Source: Octopus vulgaris
Taxonomy: Eukaryota
Assembly: GCA_951406725.2 (NCBI GenBank)
Contig: OX597815.1
Span: forward strand, 48,236,001 to 48,300,000
Length of the DNA stretch: 64,000 nt
Direction of reading: 5' to 3'
The notes under the pieces were generated by a model. That model saw nothing but the letters and a program-made list of their open reading frames with translations, ran no database searches and was not told the origin of the DNA. Below are positions 51,981-64,000 of this stretch, piece by piece; positions within the stretch are counted from its first letter, which is position 1; each line of letters starts with the position of its first letter. A program made the position numbers and the translations under genes.

Positions 51981-52600
51981 CTAAACCATTTTTTTAATGC
52001 ACACATACATGTACAGATATATGGGCCATTTCACTTCCATTTTATGACATCCAATAACCAAGAGCATCATTCAGTTTTATTTCTGACATCACTCGAACAG
52101 CAATAACAATTTCAACTTTGTATAGACATCTTTGAACATTTTATTACCAATAGGATAAGTATGTTCATATAAAAAAATATTATATTTTACATACAGCTTT
52201 GCACAAGCTGCTACCACACAGTGCGACAGAATCCAGAATCACATAGTTGAGAAACAAACTTTTCAACCACACACCAGTGCCTGTACCTACCCAACCATAC
52301 GTGTACTCCAGATACTCTAAATTAAAAACAAAGAAGGCTATTCTCAGTTATGTGTTCTATGCATCATACAATGCAGTGACATAATTTGTTCATAGAGTTT
52401 ATTTTTCTATGGTTCACGGATCAGTTCTACCCAATGGGTATCATCAGGAAAAGACAACTAGATTTATCTGCTTCAGCTATTTACCAAACATTCAATTGTG
52501 GTTTGCTTCAAAAATTACAAGAATGTTCATTACTAAAATGTCTTTGATCCAAGCTGTTCCTGATCTGGTTTCTGTTTTCGTTTTTGTTTTCCTTCCAGGT

Positions 52601-53388
52601 CAATATGAGAGTTTCTCTCATGGAATCTACCACAGTATAATTTGTTCTAACTGAACACCTACATTTAAGTGGGTATAAATATTACCTCTTGGTATTGATA
52701 CTGCCTCTGTCACAAATAAATATATTTTAACAAGCCCACTGGCTAACTGCGGTACCAGCACCTGTTCTGGCACTGTTATTCTATATATCACTGAGGGGGT
52801 AGGGGTGAATTGCTGCTATTTGTAGTGGATTGAGCATCCATCATTGACAAGACCAAAAAAGGTTGAAATCACGTAATCTGATGATCTTGGCGCTGGAGGT
52901 GGTGGGGATTTATCTCACTGCTAGTGATATAAACAAGAGTGCATTTTGCATTAAAAGCTAATATGAGAGTTTCTCTCATGGTATCTACCACAGTATAGTT
53001 TGTTCTAGCAGAACATCCATGTTTAAGTGGGGATAAATATTTTGTCTTGGTATTAATGCTAATTCTGTTGCTTATATATATTTTTTAACAAGCTCACTAG
53101 CTAATCATGACACCAGTGCCTGTTCTGGTACTACCATTCTATATATTGCTGGTGGGGGTGGTTTGAGTTGTTGCTATCTCTAGTAGTTGAGTGTCCATCA
53201 TTAATGAGACCAAGGAAGGTTGAAATCATATGATCTGGTTGTCACAGCACTAGAGATGGTCGGAATTTATCTCCCTGCTAGCAATATGAACATGATTGCA
53301 TATTGCACCAAAAGGCAATATGAGAGTTTCTCTCATGGTATCTACCACAGTATAGTTTGTTCTAGCAAAACATCCATATTTAAGTGGG
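52601..53388. repeat. Tandem repeat, 357-358-bp period, ~2.2 copies
   Basis: aatatgagagtttctctcatgg(a/t)atctaccacagtata recurs at units starting 52601, 52959 and 53316. Confidence 0.93.
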
Positions 53389-53926
53389 CATTAACTTTGC
53401 AAAGTTAAGCCAAGATGTCTTCTTGAAGATACTTACCAGGTAAAAATGATCTGTGTAACACTGGGAGATAAATTCTATGATTATATATGTGTGTGTGTGT
53501 GTGTTTATATACTTACATAAAAATATATGTGTCCACACCCAACTAACACCAAATAGTCACACATTTCCACAGTTCTCAAAGCAACCACCTTATCATTAAA
53601 GAAAAAAAGTAGGTGGAATTCTGCTTTAAGCACACCATATAACCCCTTATAATTTTTTTATTTTTTAGGAATTTTCAGAAAATTTTTGCGAATTTATGTT
53701 CTACACAGAAATTCATATTGTTGTACAAAAACCAGAAAGAAAAAGATTTTGGTGCATGATTTAGGGGCTATTTTGCTGTTATTTTTAGCACATCTCATGA
53801 CTCCTTGTTTGTTTGTCAGTTTGATGTATTGATGGTTTACAATATCTTTCTCCCATAAACACATTTAACAGTCTATTGTTGGGATTTAAGCCAAAAAAGC
53901 AGACTGTCACTATTTTAAACTGTGAG

Positions 53927-54136
53927 TTAACTCTTTAATATTCAAACTGGCCAAATCTGGCCCAGATATTCTGCCTGTTTTATGCTGAAACCAGCAAGAT
54001 CAAGCCTCTCACACCTACCCTACAATGTTATTCTAAAAGTAGACAACAACATCATCGAAATCCTGAAGTTAGGAGATAATACATGGTCACTTCAAATCAA
54101 TGTGAATGAATAAGCATTACATTTGACAAAGGGTTA
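53927..54136. mobile_element. piggyBac-like MITE (related pieces near 11700-11780, 18590-18735, 19490-19600 plus 20881-20907, 49672-49815)
   Basis: TTAA-flanked ends ttaac(c/t)cttt...aaagggttaa, and shared internal ctggccatatctggcc...cacctaccctacaatgtcattctaaa. Confidence 0.65.
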
Positions 54137-54144
54137 AAAAATTC

Positions 54145-54291
54145 TTTGGTATTTTCAGAATGTTCGATACACAGGAATTGACATAAATATTAGAAATTTA
54201 AAAGAAATTGTTTTAGATTAAGAAAAAAATTTTTTTTAATTTCTATTATTTGTGTCAATTCCTGTGTGTAGAACGTTCTGAAAATACCAAA
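54145..54291. repeat. Hairpin with ~54-bp arms
   Basis: tttggtattttcagaatgttcgatacacaggaattgacataaatattagaaatt pairs with aatttctattatttgtgtcaattcctgtgtgtagaacgttctgaaaataccaaa. Confidence 0.92.
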
Positions 54292-54646
54292 ATATTAAAA
54301 GTTTTGAGGGGTAATATGACATACTTAAAGCAGAATTCCACCAATCAAGTAGTTCAAGCCCTGTCATCTAATTCAAGAATATGTACATTGTGCCATGTTG
54401 GATTTGAACTCAGAGCTGTTATTAATTATCAGGTACTGATAATAGACTTTGTTACTCACCCAGTAATGAAGGATGTTGCTACTTTTCATTTAAAAATTGT
54501 GGTCTAAGTTTTCAAAAGACTGTCTGGGGCAATGTGAATTGTAATATTCAGAAATCAAACAATGTGAATCACTGAGTTAATATAGATATTTAGTATATTT
54601 AGTATATTTAGATATTTAGTATATTTAGTATAAATAGATAGTGAGA

Positions 54647-54684
<38 letters not shown>

Positions 54685-55264
54685 TGCACATGTGCACGAG
54701 CGTGAATTACTTAAAAATAATGAAATTGGTTAAAAATAACAGATATTGTATACAGAGAGGTCCAATTTTGGTACAAGGCCAGCAGTTTTGGGGGGAGTGG
54801 AGGTTAAACCGGATTGGTCCTAATACTTGACTGATATTTTATTCTATTGACTTTGGAAAGATGAAGGGCAAAACTGAACTTGATGGTGGGATGTGTACTC
54901 AAAATTTAACAACCTAACAAGGATGCCACTAAGCATGTTTCTTCCAATGTCCTACAGACTTTGCCAGCTCACCATCAGTAAACCTTGAATAATTTACAAC
55001 AACCAACAAACCAATGCTAATCAGTTAAAGTACCATTTGGGGATGATTTGATTGCTAGAAATAGAAGTTGAATCACCTTCAAATTATATCCTTACTACTT
55101 TAAAAGATAAAGAACATGTTTGATGATGTGGTCCAGACCATTTAATAAAAAAAAAATAGATGGTCACAACCTGAATTCCTCTGAATATAGGCCTGCTTAA
55201 TCAGGGTTTAGCAACTCATATTTTAACTACCACACGAAGTAAAATCCATCACAGGGTCCAGTCT

Positions 55265-55740
55265 TTGTTGCATTGTGGTGGGTCATGTGTCTCAAGACCC
55301 TCAGAACTACACCAGTGGAGTGCAAGCTTCTGGTAGAACCGCCAATGCTGAATAAGTCAAAGGGTAGGGACCAGATGTAAAAATAAGTTTGTGTAGGGCC
55401 AACACTCTTATCTTGAAATCTTGAAAAATGTCAAGTTACAAAAGTACCGATGACAATTCAAAAGCAACAAGACCTGAGAGAGAAAGGCCTTCCCTCAGGG
55501 AAACATATGACAGTGTAGCAAAATCCAATAGGAACAGATCCTGAAGAGCATGCACCTTAAGGAAACCAGCATTTTGCATCACACATCGGACAGAAGAGAA
55601 GACACCATATAAATAGCTGGAAGTGGAATACTGAGACAGAACTGAAAAAGTAGAAATCTAACTGGAAACAAGCAGAAGAGACTAGTCATACCCAAAGTCA
55701 AGAACAATGGAGTAAAGACATTAACGACCCATGTGTGAAT
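55265..55740 (+). mobile_element. Highly decayed, internally deleted RTE-like LINE (5' UTR-like plus 3' end-like pieces)
   Basis: gcttctggtagaaccgccaatgctgaataagtcaaagggtagggaccaga resembles RTE 5' ends; GQKRRHHINSWKWNTETELKK resembles the GKRRRGRPRNTW motif. Confidence 0.4.
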
Positions 55741-56878
55741 GGCTTAACAAAAAAACAAAACAAAACAAAAAGGAAAAAAACTGAAGTAAAATTAGGAAAA
55801 ATAAGTCCCAGAGGAAATGTTAGATATTAAACTATATTCAATAGACTCTCTTGTCCAATGTACTCAGACCAAACTCTTGAGATTTATGAAATAATGATAG
55901 AAGAAATCTTACAATACTGACTGGAAAATAGGTAAAAAATATCATCATTTGACATCTGTTTTCCATCATGGCATGAGTTGGATGGATTGACAAGAGCTAG
56001 TGAACTAGAGGATTGCACCAAATTGTAATGTTTGCTTTCACATGATTTCTACACTTGGATGTCCTTCCTAATACCTACCACTTTACAGTGTATTGGGTGC
56101 TTTTTAAGAGGTACTGGCACCAGTAACTTGAAAGGTAAAACCTCTTCAAGTGAGGAAGGTGTAGTATTGAAGCAGGTGGGCTTTATGCCAGGTGATGAAA
56201 GGTTAAAGTATGATAAAGGGACAGGGACAGGTGTCTTGCTGTAGGTGAAATACCACACATTATACATAATATTAACCTAACAATTTTTATATTAATATGT
56301 AAACATTTACAGTGAAAATATTGTGGAAAGTATCTAACAAGAGAAAATGAAAACTGATTAAAACTCTGGAAATGATCAGTAACAGAATCAAAGAAAATGG
56401 TAATAACATGGAATCTTGTAAACAATTCAAAATGGAAAAATATTTTTTCAAAGAGGATCATTCTTTATACAAGAGAAAACCCACATTGTACAACATACAA
56501 CATCCTCGATTCCTATAGGCACAACACACATACATACACCCAAATAGATAGATGCATATACAGGTTACAAAATGGGTTAAAGTAATAATTCTACAATGGA
56601 AAGGTAGAAGCAATGGAATACTAAAATTCTATGAGGGAAACGCAGCAACTTGAAAAATACATAATTTGTTTATGAGAATAGATATTTCATTGTTGAATAA
56701 GAATTACTTTAGTCTTTATTCACACTCTAGACCACCTGAAGAAAACTCTGGTTGCGTGTGACTTGCCTGACTATCTGCTTGTTTGCTTACCTTCATCCAG
56801 ATTCTATATATATGTATGGATAGACACACACACACACATACACATACACACATACATATAAATTTACACAAATATAAA

Positions 56879-56921
<43 letters not shown>

Positions 56922-58526
56922 GAACATATATAACTACAGTATATTTATATATATTTATGCACAGGCATATATACACACGTTTATGAGTAAATATTTCATA
57001 TGTGTGTGTATATATATGTATATATATATATATATATACATACATACATACATACATACATACGTGTCTATGTATGTGGATATACACTTTTAAAATGCTA
57101 TTATCAACAAAATGACTGCCAGTAGATATGCACACTCTTTTCACATAAGCCTTGTATTGTTTGCATACATTTTGGGGGAAATATCTTGTCTTTGTTGGGA
57201 CTGTTTGTAACCAATATACAGATATTCTTTCTTTCCTGAGTTTGTGTGTGATTGAGTGTGATTTCTTTCTTTCTTTTTCTTTTTCTTTTTTGCATATCTT
57301 TAATAACCAAAAACAAAAAATGAAAATTTCACGGATTTTCTTTGATATTTTTGCATGAGACTATTGTTGTAGAAAGAAGCAAAACGTCTCAGAATATGAT
57401 GGAGGATGAGTCACATGTAGCAAAGATAGAAATGAACAATAGAGGAGGAATATGAAAAATTGAGCTAGGAGCAATATGAAGAAAAGGGGAAAAGAAGAAG
57501 AAAAAAAAAAGAAAAGAAAGAAAAGGAAAAAGAGAATTTCACTTTAGTTTTCTTTTGTAGCAACAGATTTTTAAATATCATTCCAAACTTACTTCAGACA
57601 TGATTACAGGAAAAAACAAACCAAACTTTAGAAATACATACACTTACAAGCACACATCCCTTTATATATACATGCATATATAGAAATAAACACACACATA
57701 CATACATAAGCACACAAGGATACATACTATTACACACATATATAAATATACACATATACACATACATAGACATACATGCATACAATTATATATTTATATA
57801 TATAAACATACACACATATATATGGACATATATACATATATATATGAGAGACAGAAATAACCACCATATTAATATAAGATATTGAATGCTTCTGAAATAG
57901 AAATATAAACCTAAATGTATTATTTACATGTAGACAAAATCTCAGGTGAAATACTGAAACAATTAATGGTTCTCCTTTTTTACTTATCACAACAAAACCT
58001 ATATAAGTTTTAAGATCTTTCTGTGACCTTAGCAAAAGTAGGAACAAAGCATCTAAAAATACAGCAATCATTTAAAGTTTAAATTTAAAATGTTTAAAGG
58101 TATAAATTTTTGGAAATGTTTCCAAATTCCCAATTTTTTTTTTTTCATTAATGCAAGACAAGGGAAATAGGTGGTCAAAAAGGATGCCAGAATTGCAGGT
58201 GTTGGTAGAGTAATGTGCCAGCTTCAACATTCGATCCTAATCAAAATCCTGAAGTTATGAGATAATACAAGGCTTTGGTCGGTGTGAATTTGCTCTTTTC
58301 AGTTTGGTTTCCATGCCTATCCTAACCAATGGCCATGAATGTTGTGAAATGATTGATGAAAGAGTACAATCATGAATATAAGCAGCTGAAACAGGGTTCC
58401 TCAGAAGAATCACAGGAGTAACATTACTCAACAGGGTGTGTAGTTTGGAGATTAGGGTGTCTCTCCAGGTTGAGCTGTTACATGTCTGCACTGAGAGGTC
58501 ACAGCACCCGTATTATGGACACAATC

Positions 58527-58766
58527 TTTTTTCTTTTATTCTTTTACTTGTTTCAGTCATTTAACTGTGGACATGCTGGGGCACCACCCTGAAGGGTTTT
58601 AGTTAAACAAATAGACCCTAGGACTTTTTTTTAAGCCTAGTACTTATTCTATCAGTCTCCTTTGCTGAGCTGCTAAGTTATGGGGATATAAACACACCAA
58701 CGCCAGTTATCAAGCAGTGATAGAGGGACAAACACAGAACAAAGCCATACACACAAATGTATACAT

Positions 58767-58811
<45 letters not shown>

Positions 58812-58990
58812 TACATACATACACACCATGGATATCTTTAAGTTTCTATCTACCAAATCCACTCACAATAATGCTATGATCAGTTTGAGGCTATGGTGGA
58901 AGACACTGGCCCAAAGTGCTACACTGGGACTGAACCTGGAACCAAGTAGTAGCAAAGTAATCTTCTTACCACACAGCCATGCCTGTGCCT
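58527..58990 (-). mobile_element. SINE family A variant inside a LINE fragment
   Basis: Tail, body and head blocks. Confidence 0.85.
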
Positions 58991-59097
58991 ATGATGAGGA
59001 TGTTGCAGGAAAGAACTGTAAGGTAGATTCTTCAAGCTGAGCCAATCTAAACAAGATGGTTGGATAATACCCATAATAATCCAACCAGTGAGTGTAG

Positions 59098-59311
59098 ATG
59101 AGTAGGGGCTGAAAAGTTCCTGGCTTTAAGGGTATTGTGAAAGGCCTGGTTGGAGGCCCAACCTTCTGAGTTCTTTTACAGGGTTTAGAAAAACTGAAGG
59201 ACTACTGCAATAAATGTATAAATCTGAGAGCCGAATATGTTGAATAAAATCATAACTGATCTTTCTGTATTTTCTTTCACCCAAAGCTGGGAACTTTCCT
59301 ATACCCCTTTG
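59098..59311 (+). mobile_element. Mariner-derived MITE retaining the transposase C-terminus
   Basis: TIR-like ends gctgaaaagttcctggcttt / aaagctgggaactttc; internal frame LEKLKDYCNKCINLRAEYVE*, typical of a mariner C-terminus. Confidence 0.8.
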
Positions 59312-60789
59312 TAGTAATGGTTGTTTCTGATAGGACCCTATGGAAGAGACACCTGAGGACTGTACCTCCACGATCCTCCCAGGAACAGTGAACAGAGAAG
59401 ATAGGTGGACGGAAAGTGGATAATGTCATCCAAGATCCAAAAACACATTCTACCATCTTACAAAATAATCCTTCCTACTATAGGCACAAGGCATGAAATT
59501 TTGCAGGGAGGGGACTAGTCGATGACATCAACCCCAGTGTTTCACTGGTACTTAATTTATTGACCTCGAAAGGATGAAAGGCAAAGTCAACCTCAGAGGA
59601 ATTTGAACACAGAACATAATGATGGACAAAATACTGCTGAGCATTTTGCCCAGTATGCTAATGATTCTACCAGTTCGCTGCCTTATCCTTTTAGAAAATA
59701 ATAATAGTAAAAAATCAATAACAAGACAGTCATGGCTTGAATGCTTCTGATCATGAGGTTTGCTTAAGGGTCAGGCATGATCAGGTACAGTTTGTTTTGA
59801 AACAAATGTTCAAATTGAGCAAGTTGAAAATTGCTGATTTAATTACATCTGCCAATAATATAGAAAAAGAAGTTAACCTCAGTGGAATTTGAACACAAAA
59901 CATAGATAGATGTTGCTGTTGTTTAGGCCTAGGTTGGCCTTGATCTAGCAAAGGGATTTATGATTAAAAGCCAGAAAATAATTGCCAGACAGATTCTTCA
60001 AGCCAAGCCAACCAGCAGGAGATCCAGAAACAGAAGAAGAACGAAATGGTTAGATAATATCCTTGGTCTCAGTTGGTCATGTTTGGGAATCCAGTTGGGA
60101 AGTGTATTAATGGTTGCTTCTGATTGCAACTAATAGTGTCCAGAGTCAAGGGCTCCTAGGCACCTCCAATGAAGAAGGTGCCAAAGGATTTTACCCCTAT
60201 GATTTTCCCAGGAGAAAATGAATGGATGGGCATATTCTCAATTATTGAACAAAATGGATTTTGCATAGATTTTTGGAAAACTGGCATTTTGATTATTTGA
60301 TCAATAAAGTTAGTCATTAACTGAATTATTATGCAAATAGCTGAGTATTCCATAGATATACTCTTAGCATAATATTTAGGATTAAAACAGTGTAATGCAG
60401 TGTATGAGAAGTCAGTCTATTGACTGGTCTTCAGCACAGTTCTCAGCTATCAAACTTCACAGATAAGGCTTGCATCAATATTTGGATATGATAAAGGCAG
60501 CAAGCTGGCAGAATAGTTAACACACCAAGCAAAATGCTGAGCAGCATTTCATCTGTCTTTATGATTTGCATTCAAATTTCATGAGGTCAACTTTGCCTTA
60601 CATGCATTCAGGGTCGATAAAATAAGTACAATCTGAACACAGAGGGTGATGCGATCAATTTGCTCCTTCCTTAAAATTACTGGTCTTGTGCCAAAATTTG
60701 AAACCAATATTTTGATATGATTGGAAATATATGACCAAAATGTTGCACTAGAACTTAATTGAACTGTAATCATCTTAACTACATACGTG

Positions 60790-61142
60790 GAATAAGTACA
60801 GTGTTATTGGACACTCAGGAAAGGAAAGAAAAGAGGATTTCACATTTCGAGCAGAGCTCTGCATCAGATAGAAAATGTCCAAAGAAGGGAAGACAGAGAA
60901 AGAAAATTGCCAATGATACACACAGATATATATATATATATAGTTAATCCAAACATGAAAACACAAAGAGAAAACACAACACAAGGATGTGGAACAAGTA
61001 TAGTGTTATTGGACACTCAGGAAAGGAAAGAAAGAAGGAGGATTTAGTGTTTCAAGTGGAGCTCTTCGTCAGAAACATAGGAAAAGGAAAGATCCAAGGA
61101 AGGGAAGACGCAGGAAAAAAAATCGCCAACGATATACACGCG
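60790..61142 (-). mobile_element. Two tandem Penelope-LTR/retrozyme-like units with degenerate hammerhead cores
   Basis: Units share gtgttattggacactcaggaaaggaaagaaa. Minus strand CTGATGCAGAGCTCTGCTCGAAAT (about 60844-60867) and CTGACGAAGAGCTCCACTTGAAAC (61049-61072). Each unit is bounded by (TA)n on its high-coordinate side. Confidence 0.7.
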
Positions 61143-61174
<32 letters not shown>

Positions 61175-61306
61175 AATAAAAATAAAAAAGGAAAAATAAT
61201 ATACATAAAAGTTTGTTCAAACAACAATATGTTAACTTTACAAAATTATAAATTATGCTGACACACTAATATGGACTTTTTCTCTCTGTCTCTCTCTGTA
61301 CACACA

Positions 61307-61340
<34 letters not shown>

Positions 61341-61964
61341 TTTGTATATATTAAATTTCATATGTTGGCAAATTCAAATAAGTTAGTCTTTTGTGAAAAG
61401 ATAAGAGTTACAGCTTTTCACTGTAGAGAGAAAAATAAATATATTTAATTTCTTAAGATGACCTTGATATAATAGAACTCAGAATGGTTTTTTTCTTTTA
61501 CTTAGCATTTGCTGATGTTCAATATATAATTTTCTTTTTCTCTGCTTTCAGAAAGGAAGAAAACATTTTATTTGAGATGGAAGGATGACAAATTTAACAA
61601 CTGAGCTATATTTTTTTGCAACCACAAACATTTAAATAATTTCCATTTTCATTTTTCTCTCTCTTTTTCTTTGGAAGAGACATTAAAATAAGAAGAACCT
61701 GGTACAAATTTAAATAAATTTCACTTCTGCAATGACATTTACAGCTCTCTGTCTCTCTGTCAATACATAATATATATATATTTCATGTATGTGTATTGAA
61801 TTCACCAATGACAGTATAGGTTATAACAATACTGAACATTTCATTTCTTGCCATATTCAATATTTACTACACTTAATGAAAACTGTAAACTGGTTTACAT
61901 ACGTAAACCAATATTTTATGTCTCAGAGTTTGACACCTAGAGCAATAATAATAATGATGATGAT

Positions 61965-62725
61965 GATTTCAAATTTTGGCACAAAGCCAGCAAGTTTAGG
62001 GGAAGGGGCGAGTCGATTATATCAACCTCGGTGCTCAAAGGGTACTAGGGTACTTTGCCTCTGAAAGAATGAAAGGCAAATTTGACCTCAGCAGTATTTG
62101 AACTTAGAACATGAAGAGAGATGAAATTATGCAAAGTATTTGCCTGGCATGCTAATGATTCTGCCAGCTTGCCATCTTAGTAATAATAATGATTTCAAAT
62201 TTTGGCACAAGGCCAACAAGTCTGAGGGGCAGGGGTTTGCCAATTCTTTTCTACTCTAGGCACAAAGCCTGAAATTTTTGGGGAGGGGGGCCAGTCAATT
62301 AAATCAACCCCAGTATGCAACTGGTACTTAATTTATCGACCCCGAAAGGATGAAAGGCAAAGTTGACCTTGGCGGAGGGGTTTGTCAATTACATCAATCC
62401 CAGCACTCAACTGATACTTATTTTGTTGACCCTGAAAAGATAAAAGGGTAAGTCAACTTCGGTGGAATTTGAACTCAGAATGTAAAGGCAGACAAAGTGC
62501 CACTAAGCATTTTGTCCAGTGTGCTAATCCTTTCTACTATGGGCACAATGTCTGGAATCTGTGAAAAGGGAATAGTCGATTACATCAATCCCAGTACTTG
62601 ACTGGTGCTTAATTTATCGACCCCAAAATGATGAAAGGCAATGTTGACTGTAGAGGAATTTGAACTCAGAATATAAAACACAGACGAAATGCAGCTAACA
62701 GCATGCTAATGATTCTGCCAGCCTG
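61965..62725 (-). mobile_element. Nested cluster of SINE family D (other copies about 10250-10450, 23950-24160, 26688-26873, 49420-49625, 54765-54975, 59470-59685, and 60493-60705 on +)
   Basis: Shared aggcggcgagctggcagaatcgttagc...gagttcaaattcc...gcctttcatcctttcggggtcgataaa...gtacc consensus; about five interleaved copies here. Confidence 0.85.
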
Positions 62726-63384
62726 TAGTAATAATAATGAGAATTTCTGTTATTTTTCAATAATGACCACTAAGTTATGGAGATGTAAACACACCAACAC
62801 TGTTGGTCAAGTATTGGTGGGGGACAAACACAGACAGAAAGATATATATATATTTTACCCTCTCTCTCTCTATATATATATATATACACACACACACATG
62901 GGCTTTTTTCAGTTTCTGTCTACCAAAGCCATAGTAGAAGAAACTTGCCCATGGTGCCACACAGTGGGACTGAACACAGAACCATGTGGTTGGGGACCAA
63001 ACTTCTTACCACACAACTATGCCTATATATCACGGTTAAGTAGTTTGCTTCCTATTCATGTGGTCTTGAGTTCAATCCACTATGTAGTCCTTTGGGCTAA
63101 AGCGTTGCAAGTTGATTTGATAGATGGAAACTGTGTGGAAGCCTGTTGTATAAATGCATGTATATATATATGTATATGTGTGTCTATTTTGTCCAACCAC
63201 ACATATCACCTGAGGAACAGAGTTGGTTTGTTTATGTTCCCACAATTCAGCAGTTCATTCAAGAGATGAACAGAATAAGTACCAGACGTAAAAAATAAGA
63301 AGCAGAGTCAATTTGTTCAACCACACCTTTCAAGGTGGTACGCCAGCATGGCCACTGTCCAATAACTGACACAATAAAAGTTAA

Positions 63385-63455
63385 AAAGAAAGAAAGAAAG
63401 ATAGATAGATAGATGGGCAAAAAGATAGATAGACGGACGGACGGACGGACGGACG

Positions 63456-63545
<90 letters not shown>
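63385..63545. repeat. Compound tetranucleotide array (GAAA/GATA/GACG/GACA)
   Basis: Direct inspection. Confidence 0.95.
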
Positions 63546-64000
63546 TATCAGTTCAAGAATTAATGCAAAAATCAATGCCATTGAGTTTCATATGTAATCT
63601 TAGATGGTAATTCAACCTAGAAATAATAACCAAATCTCCCTCAAAGTACATCATATGTTCTTGAAATGATAAAGAGAGAGAGAGAGGGGTAGAAAGAGAG
63701 AGGGGGGGAGAGAATGGGGTGGGGGCTGAGATCTGATGGGTAATGTAGTTGTAGACATTCAATGCTTGAAAGAAATCTGGGATGCTCAAGGATGGAATGT
63801 ATTTGATCATCAGTCTGGTTAATTGGGATTGACATAAGACTAAATAACAAGGAGCCAAGACATACTTTATGAGGTCACTTGACATGCTAGAAATAGCAAT
63901 TAAATCTCTATCAAATCATACCTATCATTTGACCATATTAGATAATGTAGACTTGGATACGGCCCTCAAAAGATTGAATCATTTAGAACAAGAATGCTGT

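Larger units (their letters stand above)
53612..54342. mobile_element. MITE with 19-bp TIRs, an internal hairpin and a nested piggyBac-like MITE
   Basis: ggtggaattctgctttaag at 53612 and its reverse complement ending at 54342. Confidence 0.75.
58160..59410 (+). mobile_element. Old RTE-clade (Expander/Rex3-like) LINE 3' fragment interrupted by a SINE and a mariner MITE
   Basis: PILTNGHECC...AAETGFLRRITGVTLLNRVCSLEIRVSLQVE...YYGH at 58315-58520, resuming as MMRMLQERTVR*ILQAEP after the SINE. A related piece lies at about 59970-60150. Confidence 0.75.

Noticed and set aside
52860-52890. GAAA...CTGATGA hammerhead-like words in the 358-bp repeat
   Set aside because: Spacing cannot form stems I and III, and the motif is absent from the second unit.
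53429-53440. ATACTTACC resembling the U1 snRNA 5' end
   Set aside because: The match stops after 9 nt; it is just the complement of a splice-donor consensus.

Overview
AT-rich, microsatellite- and SINE-dense eukaryotic DNA. The repeat families look like those of a coleoid cephalopod, most likely Octopus (inferred from repeat content only). Almost all ORFs in the supplied track are simple-repeat or SINE artefacts. Two real minus-strand coding exons stand out: 30172-29944 and 11469-11345. They splice in frame across an ~18.5 kb intron to give a coiled-coil peptide matching what I recall of centlein (CNTLN), so most or all of the window is probably centlein intron. That intron space holds a full-length decayed mariner, a FLYWCH-MULE (Phantom-type) transposon, hAT-, piggyBac- and mariner-type MITEs, several RTE-clade LINE fragments and at least four SINE-like families. 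The most unusual items are: (i) a U6 snRNA copy joined almost directly to a co-oriented SINE and enclosed by ~92-bp inverted repeats; (ii) degenerate hammerhead-ribozyme cores in tandem and inverted Penelope/retrozyme-like repeats; (iii) long hairpins and inverted SINE pairs beside the exons; (iv) two internally structured tandem arrays; (v) TE-free, motif-rich islands that may be regulatory. Coordinates of decayed repeats are approximate, and all similarity calls are by eye or from memory, not from database searches.
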